Shown here piece by piece: positions 37,411 to 51,479 of a stretch of 64,000 nt of DNA (positions are counted from its first letter, which is position 1; the number at the start of each line of letters is the position of its first letter). The stretch spans positions 81,780,001-81,844,000 of the forward strand of contig NC_086108.1 of the NCBI RefSeq assembly GCF_963921235.1, given 5' to 3'. Below the pieces are notes generated by a model. It was not told the origin of the DNA, searched no databases, and worked only from the letters and a program-made list of their open reading frames with translations. Both the position numbers and the translations under genes were made by a program. Origin of the DNA: Mobula hypostoma (Eukaryota).

Positions 37411-38964
37411 GTAATATTGCTTTTCCTTTTATCGTCTGATATCGTTATCCACCTTTAGAGACTGCTTATGGTACTATTAATATAGAAATGCAAAGACATG
37501 GTTACTAACTTAAAATTTTTATCCCAACTTCCCAGGAAACTTTGCTTTAGAAGTCTGTTTCTTGTATTAGGAAAAAGAGTATAAACTATATTTGAAATCG
37601 CCTGCACTGATGTTGCCTTTTGAGTGTTTTATGAAAAGAACTGATGCATTGTCTCTTTAGTACTGTACTCCTTAAAATTTCTTAGTGTTAAGTAGCAACT
37701 GTTGAAGAAACATGATAAAAGTTAGAAAGTTTAAAAGGAGCTTCTGCTGATTTTGTTTACAGTGAACACAGGAAAACTGAAAGTAGTGTTTTTTTAAAAA
37801 TCTGGACAGTAGCATGGTGATATCTGCCAGGTCATAGAATTGCCATGGAGCCATTAAGCAAAATTTATGGAATTTGCAATGGTTTTTTTTTCTTTCCATA
37901 TTCAAAGGAAATTTATACCAATCATTTACCAGATGTTGACAGATAGTTAGAGGCAGTAATAGTGACAAGAGCAAAGGTTGAAAGACGAGTATTTGTCATT
38001 GTGGAAGTGCTCATGAATTCAGTATTTTCTGATGTTTCTGAACTCCAGTATGTGGAGATAATATGGGGGCTCAGTGGTAGATCTTTGGGCACCACTGATT
38101 AGACAGTAGCAGGAACAAAGAATTTCAGATAATTTGGCAGGATATGAGGTTAGTGCAATCCCATCCAGAAGGAAGATATAGGAGGGACTTTGAAAAATGA
38201 GTATAGTCCCCTTATTTGAAAGATTCTACTATAATTTTGTGTCTAGTATATTTCTTGTTGTGTGATACAGTGATATAGACAAAAGGTTGAGCAGATTGAT
38301 TTGTTGTTTCATGTTTTGAGACGTTTAATAAACAGTTATAGGAATGCAGACATATGCAGAAAATGGTGGAAATATTCAAGTTGAACAGAAAAAGTGTGAA
38401 TATTTCAAATCAATAACCTTTTGTGTGATGAAAGATCATCAAGTCAAAAGTTTAATCTTCTATCTCTCTTCAGTTGCCTTCTGATCTGAATATTATAACA
38501 TTTTCTATAGCTTAATATCAAAGAGAAAGTGAGTGAGTCTGTTGATGAACTGAAGCAGATATGAGCTCTGCATGCATTAATTGGATCAAGCTATGCTTTT
38601 AATTGTGTGGTTTATTTCCAAGAGAATTATAGACTTCGAAATATTAGGTGCTTGTGTGATGTGTTATTTCCCACAAACCCTCAGAGGAAGGTGCATCACT
38701 TCATAGTGGATCAGAAATCACATCTTACTGAAAGCTGTATAAATTACCACCAAATATGATACTAATGCTGTAAAGTGCTCAACTTCTTTTTGATCTTTGA
38801 TAGAAGAACAGATACTGAGATGTGATTATTTTAACATATCAAGTTATCATTCAACTATTATTTGTACAACTTTTGCAAAATGTTTGTTATTGTTCATATC
38901 TTGTTTCTCAAAGAGCCAGACCAAGATACTGTTATCAGTTACATTGTTCAACTCTTAATTGTAG

Positions 38965-39031
38965 GTCTAGTAAACTGGTCATAATTGAACGATTGCTACT
39001 GCTTGCTGAAAGATATGTGATTACAATTGAG
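38965..39031 (+). CDS. USP24: USP24 exon 11 (R-SSKLVIIERLLLLAERYVITIE)
   Basis: tgtag acceptor, gtaagc donor, 67 nt, phase 2/0. Confidence 0.95.
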
Positions 39032-39753
39032 GTAAGCGGACAGACATACAATTGCAATTAGCAGCTGTATTATTAATTTATTGATATTTAAGCTTTGTAT
39101 TATTTTATTTGAGAATGCATCCATTCAGTTTGGTATCTCATTCCACTGTAGGAAAGCCAAGAAAGTGCAATTTTCAGTAGAATTAGTTTGCAAGAGCAAA
39201 ATTTTAACCATGGTTAAGAGATGTTTTGGATGATGTATTTGAAGGAGGAAAGCTGTCCAGAGGAGTCAATAAGATTGGGTTGAGACTGGGCTGAGTAGCT
39301 TGGAAGACAGCTTGGCAAGAGGTAGAGCCTACAGATCACAGCACAGTTGAATGTCAAAAGGAGGTACAAGGAAAAATTAATAGATCAGCCTGATGATGAA
39401 TGGGAAGAACAACAACTCAGGAACTCAAAGGAAGCAATATCTTTCATCTTAAGAAAAAAATAATACATGTTCAGTCAAATTTTGATTTGTTTTAGATGTC
39501 AACAACTCAGTGCTGAATAATATATTGGTAAACCAGACCAATAAATCTGAAAAATTGGAGCAAGATGTTTGAAATCTGTACTTTTGCGATATTACCTTCC
39601 TTCACAGAAATAAATTTAAATATTTCTCTTACTGCCAGTGCAAAAAGTAGGAAGCATTGGAAAATTGTTGAACATGTCAGATTTCAGTTTTTATTGCCAC
39701 TGATTATCAAGTTAAGTTGTTTGTGTTTATAATTATAATTACATTTTATACAG

Positions 39754-39864
39754 GATCTATATTCTGTTCCACGGACTATCCTACCTCACGGAGCTTCTTT
39801 CCATGGACATCCCATTACTATCTCTGTAATTTGTGAGTCTACAAAAGATTCATTTACTATCGAG
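39754..39864 (+). CDS. USP24: USP24 exon 12 (DLYSVPRTILPHGASFHGHPITISVICESTKDSFTIE)
   Basis: tacag acceptor, gttagt donor, 111 nt; RTILPHGASF motif. Confidence 0.95.
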
Positions 39865-40294
39865 GTTAGTTGTGATGGGTTTTTATACGTACTTCTGTGT
39901 TTCCAAATAAAAGTGCTTTAAACTCCTTCAGAAAGATCTATGCGCCGTTAGTTCTCCCCACCCCTTGCCAACTCATTCAATTGTTCAAATTAATTCAAAT
40001 TGTCCTTTAAGAAGGGAAGTGGATGCTGTATTCTTTAATAGGAATTGAACAAAGTTGGCTCTGAGCACTTCCTCTTACTTTCAAAGACTACAATTCCATT
40101 GCCTAACCCTGCTAATATATTTTCACATACAATTAGCTTCTCTCCTGATGTACAACAAAGCTTTAGGGAAGAAAATGTTCTCTTAAATTGCATTGTTTAA
40201 TTAGTAAGAAAAAAATGTTGCCAAATGATTGCTGCATCATTCACAAGAGGAAAGTAAAATAAACTAAAAGAGGAATTGAATATTAACATTACAA

Positions 40295-43200
40295 GGGACT
40301 TCCGTTGAGGCATGAGGCAAGATGGCAGCACAGCACTGAGCACTGACATATAACCCTCCTTTTTCAAGTTCTTTAGGGCTCATAGATGGTCTTAATACAA
40401 GGTTGAGTTGGAGAAAGATCTAACTAAAAATATGGCTTCAAAAAAAGATCCAAATTCAGCCAGGAGACAAGATACTAGCAGACGACACCAAGCTAGCGAT
40501 TCATCCGAGGAAATGACTATGCTAATTAAGCAAACAATGGCAACAGAGATGGAATCGCTGCAAGAAATGGTAGCCCACATGCTAAAGGAGTTGCTGGAAA
40601 AGGCCCTCGACCCCATATAGAAGCATATGGCAGAGAATGGCAACATTCTCTGGTTGTTAAAGGAGCAAGCGGACATTCACGCTAAAAAATTTAGCATGGT
40701 CTTCAATAAAATAAGACAACATTCAGGTTTGCTTACGCAAGAATGAGAAAGTTACTAACTGCTGTCTTGCGGAGGTGTCTTAAGATATGGAAGAAGTTAA
40801 ACGACTTGGAGGACAGATCCAGGAGAAACAATGTGCGGCTGGTCAACCTACGGACAGGCGCTGAGGGCGACAATCCAAGAGATTACCTCCAGAAGATGCT
40901 GCCTAATTGGATTCCAGCACTCAAGAATTCCCACAGCTCTCCATTGGAGGTCGATAGAGCACATAGGATCTTTTCCAACAACACCTCATATGACTGCGGA
41001 CCATGGTTTTTAGGCTTCTATGGTACACCGACCAGCAGGCCATCTTGGTGGACGTGAGTAAAGCCAAACCTACTCTCCTGAATGGCACCCAGCTGCAGTT
41101 CTTCGCCGACTACAGCCCCGGCCCGATGCAGGATTGGCAGGGATACAAGGAGATCCGTGCTAAGCATCGTCATAAGGGGATCGACTTGTTCCTCATATAC
41201 CCGGCGATTTTGAGAGTGAGTATCAAGGGCATGAAGATGTCATTTAACTCGGCAGAGGAAGTGAAAGAAGCTCTGAAATCATCGGTGCTGGGAGATATGG
41301 AAGAAGACCCTGGGCAAAGTCCACACGCCCCTCGGGAGGAGATGGAACGGCAGAGCTCGGACCAGCCTGTATGCGCAATCTAACAGGCACGAGCAAGTTA
41401 ATATCCTAGGTGTGAAGCTTTCTGGTTATTCTTTTAGTGGAAAGCCATTCATTGCACTTTTGTATTTAGTTAATTAAGGGGCCAATTTGTTTCTAACTAT
41501 AGCAGGTCAGAGTTTTAAGGTGATATTCAATATACCCAAATGTCACACTTCATCAAGAATGATGCTGAAAAACATCAGTTTGTTCTGACTAACTTTAGAA
41601 CGTTATGTCTGCAGTAGACTTGTTTACATTTCTGGGCACCAGATAAGACGTCATTGGCGCCATCGCTAAGTGACGGTCTATTGAAGCAACAGTTTCTTGC
41701 AAGATAGCTGTTGGGGTCTTGGTTATGTGTTATACTATATTTGAGACGGAAACGGTTTTAATTATATAGGTTAACGGGTTTGTCCAGGTTTCTTTTTTTC
41801 TTGTCTCTTTGGTATGATTGTCTATGAGAACTGCTTTGCTTTTCTAATTTGTTGGTGCTGGGGCGGGGGTGGTGGTTAATGTCAGTGCTCAGTGTCTGAC
41901 ATTGCTAAGTGACACTCACAGATGTTACAAAGCAAAAGGTTGAATGGGGGGATGGTGGGAAGGGTGGGGTGGGAAGCGGGTAGTTCAGGGCTCCACCACC
42001 AACTTACAACAACAGATCCAGGGGAAGATGAGCAGCACAGATAAATTAGAAAATCTTACTATTGTATCATTTAATATTAGAGGATTAAACTCTCCCTACA
42101 AGCGTTCAAAGGTTTTAGATTTCTTACACAGAAAGAAAATAGATATCGCGCTGTTACAGGAAACACATCTTAAACCTAATGACGTTCCCAGGGTTCAAAA
42201 CTGCTCTTATAAACCCGTTGTGGCATCAGCTGATGGTACTCGAATGAAAGGAGTTATGATATTAATGAGATGTAATATTAATATATCAATTGAAAGGACT
42301 GGCGCTGACAATAAAGGATGTCTAGCTTTTTGCTGCACATCCATTCAGGGTAAAAAAAAAAGTTGCATTCATTAGCCTATATGCCCCAACTGTATTCGAG
42401 GTTGAATTTTTTCCCTCAATGACCTCACAATTACTGAAGTTAAATGACTACCAACTATATGTTGTTTCGGACATGAATTCTTTGGTAAACATTAACCCCA
42501 ATAAATCTTCCTCAACTATATCAAGCTCTCAAGAATCTGCTTCCAAAGCACTTAACCTTTTTCTAACGGATTTAAATTTAACTGATGTGTGGAGGGTGCA
42601 TAATCCATCTGCTAAAGACTATACCTTCTTCTCCACAAGACATAAAACTTTCTCTCGGATAGATTACATTCTTTTATCCTCTGGTCTGCTGCCTTTTGTA
42701 CACTTAATAGAATTTTTGCCTAGACATCTAATCACAACCCAGTCATATCTACTTTTAATTATGGCAAAATTAAAAATAAGGCTACTAGGTGGAGGTTTAA
42801 CTCCATCCTTCTAAAAAACGACGAATTTCTATCACAACTGAGAACAAAACTGACAGAATTTATAAATTTAAATAAAAATAGTGTCTCAGATGTGACAGTG
42901 ATTTGGGCCTCCATCAAGGGTTTCTTACGAAATAAGGCTATATGGTTCACTTCTCATCTACATAAAAGCCGGATTCAAAAGATTTCCACCCTAGAAGAAG
43001 AATGTAAGGTTTTGGAGAATGATCTCAAAAGGATATACACCATAACAAAAGAAAACGAGCTCAAAACAAAACAAGCAGAATTAAATGATTTACTAAGAAG
43101 CAAGGTAGAATATATGATCCGTATAACTAAACATAAGTATTACACAGAAGGCAGCAGACCGAGACATCTTTTAACTCTAACGCTCAAACAACAGGAAGCT

Positions 43201-46021
43201 AAAAGGTCTAAACCAGCGATTAGATGTGCTAAATGTGGAGTAGTATCTTCAACAGAGGAAATAAACGAGACATTCAAGAATTACTTTAAAAAGATGTATA
43301 CAAGTGATTCAGTTCCTTCTGAGAATGACTTTACAGATTTTTTTTAGTGGATTAGATCTCCCTACGTTGTCAGAGGACACCAAAACTCTAGACTCTCCTA
43401 TTACACTGGATGAGCTACTTAAAGCAGTCAAAGCTACGCCAGGGCATAGATGGCATACCTGTGGAACTTTACCTAGCACTTTGGGATATTCTTGGACCAG
43501 TACGTTTAGAAACATTAAATTACACTTTTGGAAATGGCGCTTTCCATTGAGATCTAAACACAGCCCTGATCACAGTTATACCGTAGCCCGGTAAGGACCC
43601 CTTGGAGTGTGCCAATTACCGTCCAATCTCCTTGATAAATGCCGACCTCAAGATATTTTCCAAAGTCTTAGCCAGTAGACTTGAGACAGTAGTTGGGAAA
43701 ATAATTAGCCCAGATCAAACAGGCTTTATCAGGGGGTGTCTTGCATCTGATAATATTCGCTGGCTCTTACACATGCTGAGTGCAACACATAAAATCCCGC
43801 CTGCCTGTGGCCTGCTATTTCTAGATGCTGAAAAAGCGTTCGATCACCTTGAATGGCCATACCTTTGGAGAGTTCTTAAAAGAATTTAAGTTTGGCAATA
43901 AATTTATCAATACGGTTCAAACACTGTATGCTAGTCCTTCACCCCGGGTATGTGTGGGAGGAGGTTTCTCAGAGTTATTTGAAATAGGACGGGGCACATG
44001 ACAAGGGGACCCTTTGTCTCCTTTAATTTTTACTGTATCTATTGAACCGCTTGCACATTTAGTTAGAAACTCTGTTCAGATCTCCCCTATTAGAATAGAC
44101 ACAACATCGCATTCAATATCACTTTACGCAGACGACACGCTAGTTTATATGGCAAATCTTCAACAAACTCTCCACTGTGTTTTAAAAACAGTAGAGCAAT
44201 TTGGATTTCTTTCAGGATACAAAGTTAATTTGTCAAAGTCAGCATTGATGCTGATTAATACAGATAAAGGTAAGGTGTCTCTCCCTCCCCAGATTAAAGA
44301 TACAAATGAGGTCCTCTACTTGGGTATTAAAGTTAATACTTCCCTATCATCTGTGGCTAAAAGAAATTACTCTTTAATTCTGAAAAAAATAGAGAAAGAT
44401 ACTAATAGGTGGAGACACCTGCCAGCATCAGTCCCAGCCCGTATATTGGTCATTAAAATCAACATCTTGCCCCGCATTAATTTTATCAGCTCAATGATCC
44501 CACATGCACCTCCAGCAGGATATTGGCAAAAGCTGGACTCCTTACTACGATGCTATGTTTGGAACGGTAAACGACCCAATATAAAATGGTTAGCTCTACA
44601 ATTCAAAAAGTCGGATGGGGGATTGGCATGTCCAAGTTTTAAATTGTATCACTGGGCATTTGTATTAAAAAGTCTTAGCTGTTGGGTGAAGGAGGATAAA
44701 GTTTCATCATGGAAAAATATAGAACAAGAGCTAATAGCGCCAATAAGGTTGAAGGACTTTCTCCTTATAGGTATGTCTACCAAAAAATCTGATTTGTATT
44801 ACAGTCCAGTTCTAACTCATATGCTGCAAGTGTTTAGAGCAGCAGAAAAATTCCTAAAATTTAAAAGCGTATGGTGCAAATCATCTCCATTATGGAACAA
44901 TAATCGTTTTCTATCGGCGGGGGGGACCATTCACTAACAGAACTTGGGAGGATAAAGGTATTACTACTTTTCAAGATATTAATGGGGCAAGTACTATCCT
45001 TAGCTTTTAAGAACTGATATCTTGATATAATATTGATAAACACTCCCTCTTCTTCTGCTTTCGAGTAAGATCAGCTTGTAAAGCTACGGCGTTCCCTGGG
45101 GGTCAGATTTAAAGGACCATCCCATTTTAAGTTAGATACAGAGTGCTCCAGGACAGATAGTGTCATATATCTATGATAAATTAAACTCCCAGAATTATAT
45201 GTCCACATCGGGAATGAAAGCCTGGGATAGGGACATATCTGAATTGGGACAAGACATAGACTAGGATGCGATTTGGGATAATGCTGCCAGTGCTTCGAAA
45301 AACCCAAATCATCGGTATATACACTTGAAACTTTGTCATAGAGCATATTTAACACTGAGAATTAGACATCAAATGGGACTAGTTCCTGACCTATATTGCT
45401 CATTTTGCCCCCATGGAACTATTGGCTGTTTTATACATGTTGTATGGGAATGTCCAGGGGTTTTTGGTTTGTGGGGGAAGATTATCAGTATTCTTACAGA
45501 ACCAACGGGTACAATTACCGATGGACCCTGCTATACATCTTCTAAATGATGACTTCCACCTTTCCCTTATGGAAAAAACATGCAAAATCTGGCTGGCAGG
45601 CCTGACTGCAGCTAAGAAGATTGTAGTCCAGCATTGGAAACCCCCCCATGATATTTCAAATACTCACTGGCTTCGGAGCTTTTTGGACATTTCTTACCTG
45701 GAACTTCCATCAGCAAGAGTAAATGATGCACGACCAAACACAATCTTAATGTGGACAAAGTTGATATCTAACAAAAGATCTGTTTTTAAAATAGGAATGC
45801 TGTGTCTGTGTATGTACTACTATTCAGTTGGTTGGTGGACGGGAGAGGGATGGGGGGGATAGAGGGGTGGAGGGGAGAGGGATGGGGGGGATAGAGGGGT
45901 GGAGGGGGATGGTGATGAACATTGGGAGGTGGCTGGGTTAAACAGTCAAAATGTAATTGGCAGTTGGTTGTATTGAATGTAATTTGTTGGTGTTGCAATA
46001 AAAAATTAATAATTAAAAAAA
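40295..46021 (+). mobile_element. Near full-length decayed L1-clade LINE (ORF1 ~40432-41383, ORF2 ~42028-45790)
   Basis: ORF1 LEDRSRRNNVRLVNL; endonuclease SFNIRGLN, LQETHL, SRIDY; RT YRPISLIN, DAEKAFD, YADD; C-terminal CSFC..H..WEC; AATAAA at 45997 and A tail. Confidence 0.95.
45841..45908 (+). repeat. G-rich ~32-bp tandem duplication in the L1 3' UTR
   Basis: gggagagggatgggggggatagaggggtggag twice. Confidence 0.85.
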
Positions 46022-46663
46022 CACTGCACTGAAAATTAATTGAGAGGAGAACTGATTGCACCAACTGAATATCTTTTTTATTTGAAATGGCTGTTTGTCT
46101 GTTTGGTTCTTATCTCTAATAATAGGGATGGTCAAGTCAACATTTGCAAAAATAAGTGTTGAACTATCTTTTTGGGAATCTATGTGATAGTTTATATTTA
46201 ATGTTCTTGCAGATTTCAAAACTTAATATATCACAATTGAATATGAACCTCATGTTAAAAGCTGTCCAATTGGCTTGCCTTGTAATTTTTCTCTTTTATT
46301 TAATTTCTAGGATATGATCTAGTCAAATTTAATAGTGACATTTGTATATCAACAGTCATTATTTCTAGTCAAAGCCAAATGTTGTTAAAGGTTGATCTAC
46401 AAACGTTTGTAAGTAGATTATTGCAGTAACTGAGTCAAGTATTCAATTTTTCTTCAATAAAGTATAGCTTGAAATGATGGTTCATTGCAACCCAGAAAAT
46501 TGATACTAAACATTTAAACATTTGAAGAATTACAGTAATTGTTGCCAGAAATAGAACCTATGTAGTGATTTTAAAACACTATTTATCCTAGCCAAGCTGT
46601 ATGCAGACAATGGTACTCTATAACTACTACCCAACTAGTATTGACATTCTTTCCATGTTTCAG

Positions 46664-46762
46664 GCTCACAGCAACGAAACTGTTGGAAGCGTCAGGTGGA
46701 AGATGGCAGCACATATCAACTGTCCATTGGATAACTTACAAATATTTGCCAATGATAGCTTG
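46664..46762 (+). CDS. USP24: USP24 exon 13 (AHSNETVGSVRWKMAAHINCPLDNLQIFANDSL)
   Basis: tttcag acceptor, gtgagt donor, 99 nt. Confidence 0.95.
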
Positions 46763-47020
46763 GTGAGTAAACAAAAATTTAGACAAAGATGTACGTTGTT
46801 TAGGTTTTGGGTTTTAACCTTCTGATCAGTATGGAGGAGGTTTTGATTCTGTTATGGTGTTAAATGGTAATAAGTTTCCACCCAAAGAGAAAATTTCATT
46901 TCTACTCTATTGATTCATCTCATAGGAGAAAGCTGACATGGAACCTTTGAAAGATCTTAAAACTATTGCATCCTGTATGCACCCACACTACTTAGCACTT
47001 GCAATTCAAAATACTTTTAC

Positions 47021-47411
47021 GGCCGGCTGGTGGCGTAGTGACATCGGCGCCAGACCCGGGAGCGGAGGTTCCCGGGTTCGAAACCAGTTGGGTCCGCTAC
47101 CGAGTACGCTTTCCATCCGTGCCAGGTTGAGTGTCGAGATCGCAACTCGACCTCATAAAATAAAGGGAAAATACTGCGAGGATGTCTGTGTGAGGAGTGG
47201 CGTATCACACAGTCAGTCAGTCTCTCCCACTCTCCCTCTCCCCTCCTCTCCCTCTCCCCTCCTCTCCCTCTCCCCTCCTCCCCCTCTCCCCCCTCTCCCC
47301 CCCTCTCCCCCTCTCCCCCTCCCCCCCCGTGCCATGTAAAAGGCCATGAAAAAGACATCATCACGGACGCACAGAAGCACACACACGCAGGCACACGCCA
47401 AAAAAAAACAG
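47021..47411 (+). mobile_element. tRNA-derived SINE, same family as 36482
   Basis: A box tggcgtagtga (47031-47041), B box ggttcgaaacc (47075-47085), poly-A, perfect 11-bp TSD aatacttttac. Confidence 0.9.
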
Positions 47412-47559
47412 AATACTTTTACTTGCTCTCATAACATGATCAGTGTCACATTTATTGACCAATGGTATTCGCGAGAATGTGGTGTTTGTAATGCTTGAAT
47501 TGCAGTAGTCCAGATAGTGGCAGTGCTCTTGTAATAGTTTTGGATGTGGTATAAAGAAA

Positions 47560-48230
47560 TAATGTCAGCATAGAATACCATTATCTTGCACCTTTCAGAA
47601 TTAAATTCTATCCATTATTACTCTGCCCATCTTATCAACAATCAATATTATCTTATAGCCCACAATCATCCTCAATGTCAATGACACTACTGATTTATTT
47701 ATTGTGCAAACCTACTAGATTCATGTAAAATATTTATTAATCTATATCACAGACAGCCAGTGTCCCAGCTTATCACCAAACTATTTTGGATCCAGTTTGT
47801 TAACTTGTCTTTGAAACTATGTGCTCTAATCTTTTAGAGAGGTCTCCTATGTAGGACCATGTCAAAACGCTTACTGAAATCCATGTAGACTAAGTGAACT
47901 GCACTGTCTTCATCAATTAACTTTTATTTAAGTAACAAAAATAACTAGGTCAACTAGGATCTTGCCCTAATAAAATCATGCTGACTATAATTAAATCTGC
48001 AAATTAATCCTGTCCCTCAGAAAAATTTCCAATAACTTCCTCTGATGCTGGGTTCACAGACCTGTAATTACCTGGATTTTTGTTAATTTCCAGTTATCTG
48101 GCATCTCACCTGTGGCCAGTGAAAATTAAAAAATCTGTCAGTGCCTCAGCAATCTCCATCAATGCCTCTCTCAGAACCTAGGAAACATGTCATCTGACCC
48201 TGGGAATTAATTCTCTTTAAGTCTATTAAG
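47560..48230 (-). mobile_element. Old CR1 RT fragment
   Basis: reverse-complement remnants of VYMDFSKxFD (tcaaaacgcttactgaaatccatgtagac). Confidence 0.6.
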
Positions 48231-49169
48231 AGATCTAAGATGTCTTTTGAAATTTGATTTGATATATTCAGCTATACAAGCTCCTGGAATTGTATTTGGT
48301 GTAATGACTGAAAACAGACAACACTTCAGTGGATTTCAACATTGATATTTGGAGGTACACTGTGTAACAAAAAGGAACATAGCTTAATTCTGTTTGAAGG
48401 GCTGCATTTGGTACTTTGTGTAAAGCTTACTTTTTAAATGAGCAAGGTAATGCTATACAAATAAATCAATCTGCTGTAAGATATATTTTAAAATGTTAGG
48501 AAATGTGAAAAAAAAGCCTACTATTGTGAATTACCTCTCATTCCTAGTGAAGTACCTACCTTGTCATAGCAAGATTGGTATAAAATATAAATGCATTATG
48601 ATAGGCAATGTAGAATTAATCAGCCCACAATAGTACATAAAGATAGTACTCTGAGAATGTTTTTTTTGAAAAACGACAATCGAGTTTTTTAATGGCAAAA
48701 ACTTGTTTATTGAACTTTGAGTAGGACGTTGCACTTTCTGAAAACACTAACCCACTTTTTTATGCAGTGATAAACTTCAGAATATTTATTCAGAATGTTG
48801 TCTTTAAATATTGTGCTCTTTATGTTCAAAGCATTTTTCATCTAGATCAGCTGATCTATATGAGGTTTGAAAATTCTTACATAGATATACGGGTTATTAA
48901 ATTCTATTTATTTTAACGATGAAGCCTATTTCCTTCAGGTCTTACATTCAGAAAAGGTTTTCTTCTTTCTCCTTTTCACTCCTTGTGCCTGCTTCCAATA
49001 GCAGACCCATTGCGCTTTCAAGTTGCAGAACCTCTGTTTCCACTTCTCCAAATATACTACACTTGGGTTCAAAACTTGCACATCACCTGTTTTTTTTTTG
49101 TGCAATATATTCCTGATATCCTTATTTACCCAACCACAGGGTAGAATAATATTTTAATGCAAGTTATGT

Positions 49170-49915
49170 GGCACGATTTACAGGTTTGCTGATGATGCTA
49201 AATTGAGGGGTCTTGCTGATTAGTGAAATAGGTTACAATGAATCAGAGGCATTGATCAGTTAGGGAGGTGGGCTGAGGAATGGCAAATTGATTTCCACTT
49301 GGATAAATGTGAGGTGACGCAGTTTGGTCATTCAGATCAGGTCGGACTTGCACAGTGAATGGCAGGACACTGATGACAGTTGTGGAACATTTGGACCTGG
49401 GAGTACAAGTACACAGTTCACTGATAGTGACCAAGTGGTGAAAAAGTAATTTAGCTTGCTGCCCTTCATTAGTCAGGGCATCGAACTTAGGAATAGGGAC
49501 ATTATGTTACAGATATGGAAGTCATCAATGAGGCTGCACTTGGAGTTTGTACAGTTTTGTTCACCCTGTTATAAGAAAGATATTTCCAAGCTGGAGATGG
49601 TGTAGAAGAGAATTACAAGAATGCTGCCTGGACAAGAGAGCCTGAATTAGAAGGAGAGGTTGGCCATGCTGTATCTTTATTCCTTGGAGTGCAGGAGAAT
49701 AAGGGGTGATCTCACAGAGCTGCCAAAGAAAGTGGCTGAGGCAGGTACAATGGCAATGTTTAGAAGGCATTTGGATAGGTGCATGGAAGGAATGGGCTTG
49801 GAGAGTTATGGTCTGAATGCAGGCAACTAGAGCTAACAGGGGTGATGTTGTGGTCAGTGTAGACCAGTTGGGCCAAGGGGCACATTTCCATGCTCTGTTA
49901 CTCTGACTCTTTGAC
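49170..49915 (+). mobile_element. CR1 3' fragment with internal deletion
   Basis: FADDAKL, DKCEV remnants; tail ctctgactctttgact. Confidence 0.8.
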
Positions 49916-51005
49916 TAGTATTGAGATGGATTGGGAATTAATAGAAAGTAAAAAGTGGCAGGTGTGAATAAATTGTTGACAACTTTATTTTAGCTTCTGC
50001 ATTGAGGATGTAACTAGCAGGGTGCATAAAGGAGAGCTACACTAATGGTATTTTTGTTTGCAAAATAACATTCAGTAAGATGTCACATTAACAGTTACTA
50101 CACCAAGCAATAGCTCATGGTATTAGGATTTTTTTTTAAGCAAGTAAAGGGGATTAACTAATCATAAAATAGAGTCAGGGAAAATTGTATGTGTTTCAGA
50201 TTGGCAAGTAACTAGTAGTGTGTGACAGAATGATATTTACTGTTGAATAGTTGAAGGAATCTGTTGTGTTGTAGCCAAGTTTGCCAACTTGGGAGTGATT
50301 CCAGAAATTTCTTCATTGCCTAGTTCCAGCATCGGTATTTTTTTTTATTCTATTGGCTCTATTGTTAAATGCCTTCTATGTGTGTATGTGGCCAGTATTA
50401 AATAACCTGGTTGTGATGTTTCACCAAGGCATTACCTATTGTATTTGTGAACTTTCTGACAGTTAAGCTTTGAAGATATTTTTAATCTCGTTAATGTCTG
50501 CTTGTTTAGCATTGTCATTGGAATTGGGCACCTTGAAAGTCCCAGATTTTCCAAAATATCCTTTGCAATGCCCTCTTAGATTTTTCAATGTACTGTTAAT
50601 TCTGAGCTGCCTCCTCCAATTCCATTTTCCAAGTGAATGATGTAAATTAGAAACAGTTATAAGTCCAACTGTGATCCCTGGAGCACCAATTATATATTCA
50701 TTTTCCCTTCAACTTAGATATATCTCCAGTGAACACTCATTTAACAGTTGGTGGCAAAAGATAATTGCAGATATGTAGGTATATCAATGTGTTTGTGCCC
50801 ATTTTGAAATGCTTGAATAATTAAATCAACATGTCAGAAAGAGGAAATAACCTATGCAAGTTAATGTACATTTTAAATAGTTTTGCCAAAATAATGCTAT
50901 CTGGTTGTTATTTCAGATTCTTAATGTGTTACGTTAAACATTTTTTATGTTGTCTTATTTCTGCTTTTTGAGAAAATCTGTATTGACAGTTTTATTTTCT
51001 TCCAG

Positions 51006-51164
51006 CTCACCATGAACAAAGATCAGAAGCTACTTCACCAGTTGGGGTTTGCAGATGAACAATTACTGACTGTGAAGATGCCTGTAATGGGGACACCCTC
51101 AGGAAGTTCTGTTGACTCATCCACTAGTAGTAGTGTATTCAACTCAGCATATGCCATGGAACAG
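51006..51164 (+). CDS. USP24: USP24 exon 14 (LTMNKDQKLLHQLGFADEQLLTVKMPVMGTPSGSSVDSSTSSSVFNSAYAMEQ)
   Basis: ttccag acceptor, gttaga donor, 159 nt. Confidence 0.95.
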
Positions 51165-51479
51165 GTTAGAGCACTTGTGTAACTTGAAGTAATGGAAAAT
51201 CATGCAAAGTCCTTAAGTGAAGGAAGGTGTAATTTGGTCATTTGATATTGGACCTCACTTGTACATAAAACGACCTTAATTGGTTATGTCCATGTATTCA
51301 GTTTAAGCAAAAGGATTTTAAATTATTAACTTGCAATGAGACAGGTAAAATATTTTTAGGCAGATTTCCTGTTTGCTCCTCTTGGTACCTCTGATTATTC
51401 AGTCAGTATTTGCCCTTATGTAGATTGGTTAGATGGCAGTTTTTATATGTTTTAAACTATCAACGTAGCTGGTGTTAGC

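Noticed and set aside
44014..44937. 307-aa RT-containing ORF as a functional or domesticated reverse transcriptase
   Set aside because: It is one frame segment of an L1 ORF2 with many frameshifts and stops on both sides.
47021..47090. tRNA gene
   Set aside because: It has A/B boxes but continues into a SINE body with poly-A and TSD; no proper acceptor stem or Pol III terminator is visible.
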